Shown here piece after piece: positions 47,295 to 56,344 of a DNA stretch of 64,000 nucleotides. Origin of the DNA: Bacteroidia bacterium (GTDB lineage: Bacteria; Bacteroidota; Bacteroidia; JADZBD01); NCBI GenBank assembly GCA_020054095.1, contig JAGVMA010000068.1, forward strand, positions 77,955-141,954, given 5' to 3'. Numbering within the stretch: position 1 is the stretch's first letter; each line of letters opens with the position of its first letter. Both the position numbers and the translations under genes were made by a program. Below the pieces are notes generated by a model that was given only the letters and a program-made list of their open reading frames with translations, searched no databases and was not told the origin of the DNA.

Positions 47295-48134
47295 CTATGC
47301 GCCTATCAGTTTTTTTAGTGAACCAATTTGTTTGTCCCAAAGCATACGTGCCGATTCTTGATCTCCATCTTCGGCAAAATCGGTAACTATTAAACTCACC
47401 TCGTTAGTAAGCTCATCGGTTTCAATCTTAAATTCAAAAAATGTGTAAGTTGGTTTGTCTGTCCACTGAAAACGTACAAATTTGTTTTCTTTTATTGCAA
47501 GCATTTTTGCCGTTTGCGAACTGCCATCCCAAAAGAAGGTGAAGTAACCTTCTTTAATGTGTACATCATCGGCAAACCATTCTGACAGGCTGCTTGGGTC
47601 TGATACCATTTCAAAAATTAATCCCTGCGATGCATGCACAATATATTCTACCGAAAACTGATTAGGATGCGGAGGGGTTACTTTATCTGATTTTACCTCT
47701 TTGCTGAATTTTATTACTACGCGTTTTTTCGGCTCTATCAATGCTTGTTCGGCTGCGTACTTAGCGGCAGCTTCTGACTTGGCTATCTTTTTTAATTGTT
47801 TTGGAGTTAAGACTGGTGCCTCCATTTTTTTTACCACCATTTTTTTTACTTCTGGTTTTGCCGGCTTAATTGTAACCAATCTCATCTCCGTTTTTATTAT
47901 CGGTTTTGCTACCTGTTTTTTTACTTCCGTTTTTTTATTTTTTACAATTTTTTTAGGAGCAATTTTTTTCGGCTTCGCTGTTTTTGCTTTCTTTATACTT
48001 ATAAGTTTTTTTGATTTGGCTGCAGTTTTTTTAACGGCTTTTGGGGCCGGTTTAGTTGCTTTTTTCTTCACCGTATTCTTCGCCTTTTTAGACGCTACTT
48101 TGTTCTTCGCTACGGGCTTTTTCTTTTTAGCCAT
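47295..48134 (-). CDS. Lys/Ala-rich (histone H1-like) N-terminal region fused to a START/SRPBCC-like domain
   Basis: Roughly the first 130 aa are K/A/P/V-rich (MAKKKKPVAKNKVASKKAKNTVKKKATKPAPK...). The C-terminal ~140 aa (FSVEYIVHAS...LSEWFADDV...FFWDGS...VRFQW) resemble small START-like proteins. Confidence 0.55.
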   Translation of the reverse strand: MAKKKKPVAKNKVASKKAKNTVKKKATKPAPKAVKKTAAKSKKLISIKKAKTAKPKKIAPKKIVKNKKTEVKKQVAKPIIKTEMRLVTIKPAKPEVKKMVVKKMEAPVLTPKQLKKIAKSEAAAKYAAEQALIEPKKRVVIKFSKEVKSDKVTPPHPNQFSVEYIVHASQGLIFEMVSDPSSLSEWFADDVHIKEGYFTFFWDGSSQTAKMLAIKENKFVRFQWTDKPTYTFFEFKIETDELTNEVSLIVTDFAEDGDQESARMLWDKQIGSLKKLIGA

Positions 48135-48915
48135 ATCCTTTATATATAATGTGTTCTAAATCTTAATTTTCTGCTTCTCAGCTACTATTGCCACAATAAT
48201 AAACGATTTTTTGATATAATATCAAAATACTTAATCACATTAAGCCGCTTTAGTGTAAACAACTTAATAATGTGCTGATAATCAATAATTTTGGATTTCT
48301 TTTGCTTTAAGCAAAGACTGTTAAATAATGTTAAGGGGTGCTAATGTAATGTACAGCTATAGAGATAGTGTGGTGCGGACTATGGGAAAACGAAACAGTA
48401 GTTTTTTTATCGCAATTCAGCCAGAGAATTTTTCACGCAGATGTGCGTAAATGTATCAAGCCCTCATATTTCCGCAGAGCTATAAGCGACAAATTTAATG
48501 TATGTTTACTCATCAATATCCTCCTTCTCTTTTCACAATGCTCTTGTCGTCTCATTGTAAGTTGGTAGATTTATTGAACCAGTGCTTTGTTTTTTGTATT
48601 TATCTCGGTCAGGTTAGTATAGGTTATTGCTGCATCTTTAAATTTTCGGTGTCGGGATTTATTTCATCTTCATCAAAACTTGCACCGCTCCAAAACAATA
48701 AGCTTAATTTCTGCTTTTTGCTTACTTTAACCCACCATTGGCTTCTCGTTTATGAACCAAACGAAATGTGCATGTCTTATTTATTTTAGGATTTGGACAA
48801 GCCGGTATTTATTTTTGTACCACGCAATTCACATATTTTTTTGTGATAGCAAGCCGTGTTTTAAATGTACAGATGATTACTAAAACTCAATTGTTTTTTC
48901 CCTAAGTTTGTTAGA

Positions 48916-50379
48916 ATGAAACATTTACTCACACTCATTTTACTCTTTGCATTTTTACTTTCACTTTCACAAAAAAGAGTAGTTGATTCTATTCTTACAT
49001 TACTAAATAATGCTAATACAGATACCGCCAAAATACGTTTGCGCTATGTATGTGGTGAGGCAGCAAAAATTTATCGAATTTCTTTCTGGGACAGTTTAGC
49101 AAATGATGCACAAAGATTAGGAGCTGAAAAGTATTACGCCCTCTCACTTAACAATATTGGCTATATGCAAGATAACCAAGGCAAAACAAGCGATGCCTTT
49201 GATATGTATTATAAATCAATGGAAATTTTACGAAGAATTGGTGATAAGGAAAATCTGGCAAGTACAATTAATAATTTAGGTATCGTATATAAGCGACAAG
49301 GAATGATGCAAAAAGCGCTTGAGTGCTATTTCGAGTCGAGAAAGATACGTGAAGACATAAACGATAAACATGGGTTGGCTTATGCACTTAGCAACATTGC
49401 CGTAATTTATGCCACTTTGGGTGAGCGCGAAAAAGGATTGGTTTATGATTTGCAAGCATTAAAAATACGCGAAGAGATAGGAGATAAAGAAGGGGTTTCT
49501 CAGTCGTTAAGTAACTTGGGGGTAGACTACATTTACACCGAACCAACAAAAGCACTTGATTATTTTATTCGCTCATTAAAAATACGAAGAGAAATTGGTG
49601 GTGCACGCTGGGAAGCTGCTACGCTTAACAATATTGGCTTTGTTTTTTTTACTCTTGCACAAAAAGAAAAAGACATTGCAATGCAAAAAGATTTTGTGGC
49701 AAAAGCACTCGATTATTACACTCAGAGCGAAAAAATAAGTGTGGGTTTAGCAGATAAAAACGGACTTTCTTATTCTTATTACTACATAGGTTCCGCTTAT
49801 ATGATCACAAAAGAATATCAGAAAGCTGAGCAATTTCTTAACAAGGGACTTGATAATGCAAAAGCAACCAATAACCTCGAATTAGTAAAAAATATTTACG
49901 ACCGACTTTACAAAACTTATAAATCTCAAAACAAAATTGCTAATGCGCTTGAAATGCACGAACAATTTAAGTTTATGACTGATAGCTTAAATACCCGCGA
50001 TAACCGCAACAGCGCCATAAAAAAACAGATGCAGTATGATTTTGAGAAGAAAGAGACGTTAGCTAAAGCCGAGCAGGAAAAAAAAGATACCATAACAAAA
50101 GAAGAAACAAAAAAGAAAAATATGATACTCGGTTTTATCACCATTGGTTTTTTAGTGATGGCCTTTTTTGCCTTTTATGTTTTCCGCTCTTTGCGAACCA
50201 CCCAAAAACAAAAATCGATTATTGAAGACCAGAAAAAAATAGTGGAAGTTCAAAAAATAATGGTGGAAGAAAAACAAAAAGAAATATTAGACAGCATACA
50301 CTACGCCAAAAGAATACAAGATTCGCTTTTACCTACCGATTTTTACATTGATCGTGAAGTAAAAAGATTAAAAAACTAA
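48916..50379 (+). CDS. TPR-repeat membrane-anchored sensor-like protein with short conserved C-terminal peptide
   Basis: A signal peptide or anchor is followed by about 8 TPR-like units (..NNIG.VY...G....AL.YY..SL.I.EEIGDK.G). A coiled coil and one TM helix (ILGFITIGFLVMAFFAFYVF) follow. The protein ends EEKQKEILDSIHYAKRIQDSLLPTDF... Confidence 0.65.
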   Translation: MKHLLTLILLFAFLLSLSQKRVVDSILTLLNNANTDTAKIRLRYVCGEAAKIYRISFWDSLANDAQRLGAEKYYALSLNNIGYMQDNQGKTSDAFDMYYKSMEILRRIGDKENLASTINNLGIVYKRQGMMQKALECYFESRKIREDINDKHGLAYALSNIAVIYATLGEREKGLVYDLQALKIREEIGDKEGVSQSLSNLGVDYIYTEPTKALDYFIRSLKIRREIGGARWEAATLNNIGFVFFTLAQKEKDIAMQKDFVAKALDYYTQSEKISVGLADKNGLSYSYYYIGSAYMITKEYQKAEQFLNKGLDNAKATNNLELVKNIYDRLYKTYKSQNKIANALEMHEQFKFMTDSLNTRDNRNSAIKKQMQYDFEKKETLAKAEQEKKDTITKEETKKKNMILGFITIGFLVMAFFAFYVFRSLRTTQKQKSIIEDQKKIVEVQKIMVEEKQKEILDSIHYAKRIQDSLLPTDFYIDREVKRLKN

Positions 50380-50411
50380 TTTATCGTTTTCTGTAACAGA
50401 TTACTTCTTCT

Positions 50412-50810
50412 CTAAAATTCTACCAACTTGTAACTGCGATCGGTGCTTTGTTTTGTTTTGGCATCTTTCACAGTTACACTAATGCTGCTGCCAATTAGAG
50501 TGCCTTTAAAACTTTGTTCGCCCGTATCGCCTTTAACTTTAAAACTAAGTTTGCAGCCCTTTAGTTTGTATTTGCCCGATAGAACCATTTTAATATTTTC
50601 TTTATTAAACCAAGTGTTTACATCCTTTGTGTTTTTTACTGATGTAGAAACCAGCACCACGCCATCTGCATAAAATCTTATGTGTGCATCGGTTTCGGCA
50701 TCTACGGATGCGGTGTAAATACCTGAGTAATTTACCGTGCAATCGGAATTAGTAAATGATAAAAATAGCACTGATAGAAATAAAATGATGTTTTGTTTAG
50801 TTATTCGCAT
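50412..50810 (-). CDS. hypothetical small secreted protein
   Basis: ATG at 50810 (MRITKQNIILFLSVLFLSFTNS signal peptide) is preferred over the upstream TTG at 50873. The remainder is beta-rich. Confidence 0.45.
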   Translation of the reverse strand: MRITKQNIILFLSVLFLSFTNSDCTVNYSGIYTASVDAETDAHIRFYADGVVLVSTSVKNTKDVNTWFNKENIKMVLSGKYKLKGCKLSFKVKGDTGEQSFKGTLIGSSISVTVKDAKTKQSTDRSYKLVEF

Positions 50811-50937
50811 GTTCAAATTTAGATAATTGCTTGATTTCAAAAATATTTTAATCAACATATTTGCACATCCCAAAACTGCTTAATACCTTTAAAGCATTAT
50901 TTATTTTATAAGCGTTCACACTTAAATTACACACGTT

Positions 50938-52260
50938 ATGGATTCATTAAAGGAAAAATTTATTGCCAAGGCAAAGCCCATGGCGGCAGAGGTAAAAACA
51001 ATTATCAAAGAACATGGCGATAAAAAATTAGGCGAATACACAGTAGCACAAGTTTATCAGGGCATGAAAGGCATGATTGGCTTGGTTACCGAAACATCTA
51101 AACTCGATCCGGAGGAAGGCATCCGCTTTAAAGGATACTCAATTCCGGAACTGCGTGCCAAATTACCCAAAGCACCCAAAGGCACTGAGCCACTACCCGA
51201 AGGTATTTTTTACTTAATGCTAATAGGCGAATTACCAAATGCCGATGAAGCTTACGATATTAGTAATAACTGGGCTCGCAGAGCCATTGTTCCAAAACAC
51301 GTTTTCGATATTTTGGATAAAATGCCTTCATCTACTCACCCGATGACGATGTTCAGCACCGCAGTTATGGCCATGCAAACCGAATCGGTTTTTGCAAAAG
51401 CTTACCGCGATGGCATCAGTAAAAAAGATTATTGGGATTATTGCTATGAAGATAGCATGAACCTGATTGCCCGTCTGCCGCGCATTGCAGCATATATCTA
51501 TCGCAAAAAATATAAAAATAACGAACACATTGAACCCGATCCAAAATTAGACTGGGCGGCAAACCTTGCACACATGATGGGTTACGATGAATTTGATGTG
51601 AAACGCCTAATGCGCCTTTATATGACCATTCACGTTGACCACGAAGGAGGAAACGTATCGGCACACACCACGCACTTAGTTGGCTCGGCACTCAGCGACC
51701 CATACTTGGCTTTTGCTGCCGGGATGAATGGTCTGGCTGGCCCGTTACACGGTTTAGCTAACCAAGAAGTAATTATTTGGATTATGAAAATGCGCGAAGA
51801 GCTTGGCGGTGGATTGCCTACCAAAGAGCAAATTGCCGATTACATTAAAAAAACATTGGAAGCGGGCAGAGTAGTGCCCGGTTACGGCCATGCGGTGCTC
51901 CGCAAAACCGATCCGCGTTTTGCTGCTCAGCAAGATTTTTATCAAAAATACATCAAGCCAAGTGGTGTAGCCGAACTTTGCGAAATTGTGGGAATGGTTT
52001 ATGAAGTGGCTCCACCAATTTTAGAAGCAACCGGAAAAATTAAAAACCCTTGGCCTAATGTGGATGCGCACAGCGGAGCTTTGCTCATGCACTTTGGTAT
52101 CACCGAGTTTGATTTCTATACTGTACTCTTTGGTGTGTCGCGCTCGCTTGGTGTGCTTGCATCGCTTATTTGGGATAGAGCACTTGGGCATCCGATTGAA
52201 CGCCCGGGTTCAATTACCACTGAGGGCATAAAAAAGAAAATAGGATTAGTTAATGCTTAA
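50938..52260 (+). CDS. gltA: citrate synthase
   Basis: GYGHAVLRKTDPR and the catalytic His regions (HVDHEGGNVSAHT, LHGLANQE) are present. The length is 440 aa. Confidence 0.95.
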   Translation: MDSLKEKFIAKAKPMAAEVKTIIKEHGDKKLGEYTVAQVYQGMKGMIGLVTETSKLDPEEGIRFKGYSIPELRAKLPKAPKGTEPLPEGIFYLMLIGELPNADEAYDISNNWARRAIVPKHVFDILDKMPSSTHPMTMFSTAVMAMQTESVFAKAYRDGISKKDYWDYCYEDSMNLIARLPRIAAYIYRKKYKNNEHIEPDPKLDWAANLAHMMGYDEFDVKRLMRLYMTIHVDHEGGNVSAHTTHLVGSALSDPYLAFAAGMNGLAGPLHGLANQEVIIWIMKMREELGGGLPTKEQIADYIKKTLEAGRVVPGYGHAVLRKTDPRFAAQQDFYQKYIKPSGVAELCEIVGMVYEVAPPILEATGKIKNPWPNVDAHSGALLMHFGITEFDFYTVLFGVSRSLGVLASLIWDRALGHPIERPGSITTEGIKKKIGLVNA

Positions 52261-52282
52261 TAATTAACAGCCGCAGTTTATT

Positions 52283-52317
52283 AAAATGCCCCGAATAAAA
52301 TTTCGGGGCATTTTTTT
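52283..52317 (+). terminator. Rho-independent terminator after gltA
   Basis: The hairpin AAAATGCCCCGAA ... TTCGGGGCATTTT is followed by TTTTTTT. Confidence 0.8.
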
Positions 52318-52334
52318 ATGAGTATTTTTAAGCG

Positions 52335-54161
52335 TTGAAAAATAAAAAACTAATAGTTATCTTTTGTTTGCTTTCATCATGGGCTGCACAAGCTCACGAA
52401 CTCGATACCAATAAATTTAAAAGCAAAATAACTTCCGCAAAAACGGCTGTTCAATTTTTTTCATCCATTTCTGATAGTTTGCCGGAATTTGTTCCTACAA
52501 AATATATAAGCAATAATTTTTTGCACAAAGGTGGTTACACCGTGCCGCAATCGCCTATAATTTACGCCAAGCCCGAAACAGTTATTGGTTTTAATTTTTT
52601 GATAAACGATATAGATGCCGATGGCTATAACCGTGATTCGGTAAATGTGTTTTCAACTCGCACACCTTTCACCGATATTAACTTGGTAATTGCATCTAAA
52701 AAAGAACAATCGTTCAACACTATTTTTACTGCTAACATAAAACCGCAATGGAATATTGCCTTTAAACTTTTGCGTGCCAATGGCGAAGGTTTTTACCTAA
52801 AACAAAATATGGTAAATAATAATTTGTGGATTGCTACCAATTATGCTGCAAAAAATAGCAGGTATCAATTATTTACAGGCGCTATTACACGCACGCTAAA
52901 GCGCGATGAAAACGGTGGTGTGCAAAACGACTCGCTGCTGCGAGAAAATATTTTTGCCAACAAAAAATTGTTTTCGGTTAAATTACAAGACGCAAAATCG
53001 AAGCGAGGAATACGACAAGCATTTTTAACACAGCAAATAAATATTGGCAGCAAATTAAATGCAGATTCTACCCATAGAAACAGATACCGGCTTTCGGTTT
53101 ACCATGATATAAATGCAATACGAAGTTTTTATACTTACAGTGATGGTAATCCGCAATCGGGTTATTATCAAAATGTTTTAATGGATACAAATCTCACCAG
53201 CGATTCGGTTTCGTGTACGGTTATTGAAAACAAAATGGGCTTTGCACTTAATTTTGGCGATGATTTTAAATGGAACATTGGTGCAGGTTACAAGCATCAG
53301 TATGTAGAAACTTATTTACAATCCGAAAAAATATTTTTTAATAATTACATCGCAGAAATTTCATCAATGGCAGGTGGTAAAAAACTTTCGTGGAATATAA
53401 ATGCGGCTTATGTTTTAAGCGGCTACAATAAATCCGATTCTAAAATTTTATCGAGTTTATATTATAAACTAAATGCCCACACAAAGATAGGGGCAAATTT
53501 TAACTACTCGCGGCAACTGCCGGCTTATTTTTTCATGAATTATTCTTCCAATCATTTCGCTTGGCAAAATACATTTAGTCAATCTACTTTTGCCGATGTA
53601 AGTGCGATACTCGCGATAGCTGAGCACAAATTTTTGGTTACGGCAGGAGCAAAATATTTTTACAATTTCACTTTTTTGAATGCTGATGCACTTCCTATGC
53701 AATACAATCAGGCATTTAATTTGGCATATATCAATTTGGTTAAAAACTCAAACTACAAGCACTTGCATTTTGACAACCAAATTTCTTTTCAGCATTTAAC
53801 TGACGATTCCGTTTTACGTTTGCCGGCACTGATTGTTAAATCATCGTTGTATTATCAGGGCAGTTGGTTTAAAAATGCGCTAAAAGTTAAAGCGGGTACT
53901 TCCGTTACTTATTACTCATCGTTTTACGGAAATGCTTACATGCCATCGTTGGGTACGTTTTATTTACAGCGCGAAATCAAAATTGGAAATTATCCTTTTG
54001 CCGATGTTTTTTTCTGTATGCAATCGGGTAGGTTAAAAATAAACTTGATATATGAACACGTGGCGAGTGGTTTGCTTGGTACCGATTATTTTATTTCACC
54101 CAATTTGCCTGCCTTCGACAGGTGGTTAAAATTTAATATCAGCTGGACTTTTTTAGATTGA
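52335..54161 (+). CDS. putative outer-membrane porin-like beta-barrel protein
   Basis: The start codon is TTG. A signal peptide (LLSSWAAQA) is present. The 608-aa product has alternating aromatic/polar beta-strand character throughout. Confidence 0.4.
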   Translation: MKNKKLIVIFCLLSSWAAQAHELDTNKFKSKITSAKTAVQFFSSISDSLPEFVPTKYISNNFLHKGGYTVPQSPIIYAKPETVIGFNFLINDIDADGYNRDSVNVFSTRTPFTDINLVIASKKEQSFNTIFTANIKPQWNIAFKLLRANGEGFYLKQNMVNNNLWIATNYAAKNSRYQLFTGAITRTLKRDENGGVQNDSLLRENIFANKKLFSVKLQDAKSKRGIRQAFLTQQINIGSKLNADSTHRNRYRLSVYHDINAIRSFYTYSDGNPQSGYYQNVLMDTNLTSDSVSCTVIENKMGFALNFGDDFKWNIGAGYKHQYVETYLQSEKIFFNNYIAEISSMAGGKKLSWNINAAYVLSGYNKSDSKILSSLYYKLNAHTKIGANFNYSRQLPAYFFMNYSSNHFAWQNTFSQSTFADVSAILAIAEHKFLVTAGAKYFYNFTFLNADALPMQYNQAFNLAYINLVKNSNYKHLHFDNQISFQHLTDDSVLRLPALIVKSSLYYQGSWFKNALKVKAGTSVTYYSSFYGNAYMPSLGTFYLQREIKIGNYPFADVFFCMQSGRLKINLIYEHVASGLLGTDYFISPNLPAFDRWLKFNISWTFLD

Positions 54162-54806
54162 GAGTAACTGCTCATTGAAATCAAGAAGCGATTTTATTTT
54201 TACTGTTGCGATATTAAAGCGCTCATCATAAAAATGATTTTTATCGGGTACAGCTATTGTTTTCATGCCGGCAGCAGTTGCCGATTTTAGCCCTGCTATG
54301 GAATCTTCAATTGCTATACAATCGCTCGGCAGTACATTTAACTTTTTAGCAGCATTGCTGTAAATGGCAGGGTGGGGTTTACCTTGTATTTCAAATTCTG
54401 CGCTGTGCAACACATCAAAATATTTTTCAAGATTTAGTTTTTGCACCACAGTTTCAATCAAAATCATAAACGATGATGAAGCAATAGCCAGTTTTATATT
54501 CTTCGATTTTAAATAATCGAGCGTGGTGTAAACGCCCGGCATGGCTTCACCTTTTTCAATAATTAATTGTTTTACGGCTGTTATTATATCGGCTTGCAAT
54601 GTAGCTTTGGAATAATTTGCTTGCGGATTTTTATTATACCAGTAATCAATCACTTCATCTATTCGCAGTCCCATTGCTTGTTCGCAAAGCGAATCGGTTA
54701 AATAAATACCTGCTTTTACAAATAGTTTTATTTCGGCTTCGCGCCAAAGTGGTTCGGAATCAATTAGCACTCCATCCATATCGAAAATTGCTGCTTTAGG
54801 AAGCAT
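54153..54806 (-). CDS. HAD-superfamily sugar-phosphate phosphatase (beta-phosphoglucomutase-like subfamily IA)
   Basis: Motif I reads AIFDMDGVLIDSE, motif II is in LAIASSS, and motif IV is in AIEDSIAGLKSATAAGM. Confidence 0.8.
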   Translation of the reverse strand: MLPKAAIFDMDGVLIDSEPLWREAEIKLFVKAGIYLTDSLCEQAMGLRIDEVIDYWYNKNPQANYSKATLQADIITAVKQLIIEKGEAMPGVYTTLDYLKSKNIKLAIASSSFMILIETVVQKLNLEKYFDVLHSAEFEIQGKPHPAIYSNAAKKLNVLPSDCIAIEDSIAGLKSATAAGMKTIAVPDKNHFYDERFNIATVKIKSLLDFNEQLLSI

Positions 54807-54836
54807 AATACTTTTATTTTTGCACCGTAAATTTAT

Positions 54837-55385
54837 ATGGAATTTATTGGAAAACGCATATCGCTTGTAAAAACCGACAATGAATTAAGTGTGGTGATAG
54901 CTGCTACCGAAAAAAAATCGCAGACATACTTTCTTTTTTTCTGGCTCACATGTTTTACTTTTTGCGGATGTTATATAATTTTTGAGCTACTACAAAACCC
55001 TACTCGCGATGTGAAAGTGTTTTTGGCTGTGTTCGCAGCTTTTTGGCTTTATTTCGAGTACCGAACCATAAAAGCAATACGCTGGAAATTATACGGCAAA
55101 GAAGTGATAAAGATTAAAGGTGGTAAATTGTTTGTTAAGCGCGATGTAAATAAGCACGGTAAAGTGTTTGTTTACGATACATCGTTTGTAAATAATTTGC
55201 GAATAAAAGAATTTAACGCTAACAGCGTTTCGGCAGTGCTATCAAGTGCCGATTGGTTAGAGTTGCGTGAAGTAATTGCCTTTGATTACTACGGTAAGGA
55301 GACTAAATTTGGCTATCAGTTGAATGATGATGAAAGCCAAGAATTATTAAAGCAGCTTAAGTACTTTTTGAAAAAACAGAAATAA
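54837..55385 (+). CDS. hypothetical membrane protein
   Basis: Two TM helices lie near the N-terminus. TATTTTTG at 54815-54822 lies 14 nt upstream. I recognised no motif. Confidence 0.45.
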   Translation: MEFIGKRISLVKTDNELSVVIAATEKKSQTYFLFFWLTCFTFCGCYIIFELLQNPTRDVKVFLAVFAAFWLYFEYRTIKAIRWKLYGKEVIKIKGGKLFVKRDVNKHGKVFVYDTSFVNNLRIKEFNANSVSAVLSSADWLELREVIAFDYYGKETKFGYQLNDDESQELLKQLKYFLKKQK

Positions 55386-55445
55386 ATTTTGTTCTTAGCA
55401 CAATAAAAATTTAATTGCTGCGTTATTACCGAAACATTAAGTAGT

Positions 55446-56342
55446 ATGAAAAAAATATTTTTAACCACACTGGTATTTATGAGCTGGAGTGCGATCTTTG
55501 CACAAGATAGTTCAAACTTTAAAAAAATAAATATTTGCGATATCTACATTTCAACGGGCATAAATGCGATGCTTGATCAATACGGCTCACTTGCCGATTT
55601 TAAAACAATTGCTCCACAATCATTATTACTAAATAATTCTTTTGCAGGTTTCTCTACTAATAGTGGAATAAGTATGAGCGGAAATTTACAATTCAGTGCT
55701 AAACTTGGCATTAATTTTATAAATAAAAACAAAACTCATGTGAAAGAGAATATGCAGTTGCAGTTAGGTATAATGTATTCGAGTTTTAATGTTTTATCTA
55801 ATGGGTATTATAGAGACAATCGCACCCCTGCTGATACACTTACATCTTCATCCGGTAATCAGACAATATATTTAGATACGGTGGTGCGAGAAGGATATAA
55901 CTTGAATGTTTTTTCGAATCAATTGCGATTAGACGCAGCTTGTATTTTTAGAACCATACAGGCATTGCGTTGGTCGCTGCATGGTGGCATTGGTTTTAAT
56001 GTTGGATTTGGGCTGGAAAATTACTTTCTAATTAACTATTTTAAAAACACTACAGTTGAGCCCGATTATAACTCATCGAGTGGCTCGGTAAGCACAAATG
56101 GGTTGTATAGCGATTTTTATAATACGTATGAGTATTTTAATGCAGGGCCGAGTTTTGGCGGTTCTCTATATCTGCCTTTTGGATTAGATTTTAGAATTGG
56201 CAAGCGTAGGGAGTTTCTGAAACATTTGCATTTATTTATAGAGGCGCGTCCGAGTATAAACATGTTAGTAATGAGTGGTGTTAAAACCGTAATTGCAGAA
56301 GGGCTGGTTACAAATTTTGGAGTACGGTATTCAATAAAATAG
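55446..56342 (+). CDS. hypothetical outer-membrane beta-barrel-like protein
   Basis: A signal peptide (SWSAIFAQ) is present. Composition is Gly/aromatic-rich with alternating residues, and the C-terminus is aromatic-rich (NFGVRYSIK). Confidence 0.4.
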   Translation: MKKIFLTTLVFMSWSAIFAQDSSNFKKINICDIYISTGINAMLDQYGSLADFKTIAPQSLLLNNSFAGFSTNSGISMSGNLQFSAKLGINFINKNKTHVKENMQLQLGIMYSSFNVLSNGYYRDNRTPADTLTSSSGNQTIYLDTVVREGYNLNVFSNQLRLDAACIFRTIQALRWSLHGGIGFNVGFGLENYFLINYFKNTTVEPDYNSSSGSVSTNGLYSDFYNTYEYFNAGPSFGGSLYLPFGLDFRIGKRREFLKHLHLFIEARPSINMLVMSGVKTVIAEGLVTNFGVRYSIK

Positions 56343-56344
56343 TT

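Noticed and set aside
47701-48159. A 152-aa Phe-rich plus-strand ORF.
   Set aside because: It is antisense to the Lys-rich (AAA/AAG) N-terminal region of the minus-strand gene. TTT/CTT codons give Phe/Leu, so this is a compositional artefact.
48433-48513. A 26-aa minus-strand ORF (MSKHTLNLSLIALRKYEGLIHLRTSA) preceded by a textbook Shine-Dalgarno sequence (AAGGAGGA, 5-nt spacer) inside the long ORF-free gap.
   Set aside because: No other gene in this window uses a Shine-Dalgarno sequence, consistent with Bacteroidota. A single short ORF with no conservation evidence is most likely chance. It is worth rechecking only if RNA-seq or Ribo-seq shows signal.
48135-48915. Possibility that the gap encodes tmRNA, RNase P RNA, a tRNA or a riboswitch.
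   Set aside because: I found no GGGG...ACCA acceptor/T-arm (GGTTCGAATCC-like) elements, no RNase P conserved boxes (such as AGGAAAGTCCGGGC) and no cloverleaf. Manual inspection cannot exclude other ncRNAs, so the gap is reported as a finding, not a feature.
50263-50411. Idea that the TPR sensor is a truncated pseudogene of an RsbU/SpoIIE-type phosphatase.
   Set aside because: A second, unrelated gene (62187-62897) ends at the same point after the same peptide. Only 32 nt separate the stop from the next convergent gene, and no phosphatase-like remnant is visible in any frame. A genuine short architecture is more parsimonious.
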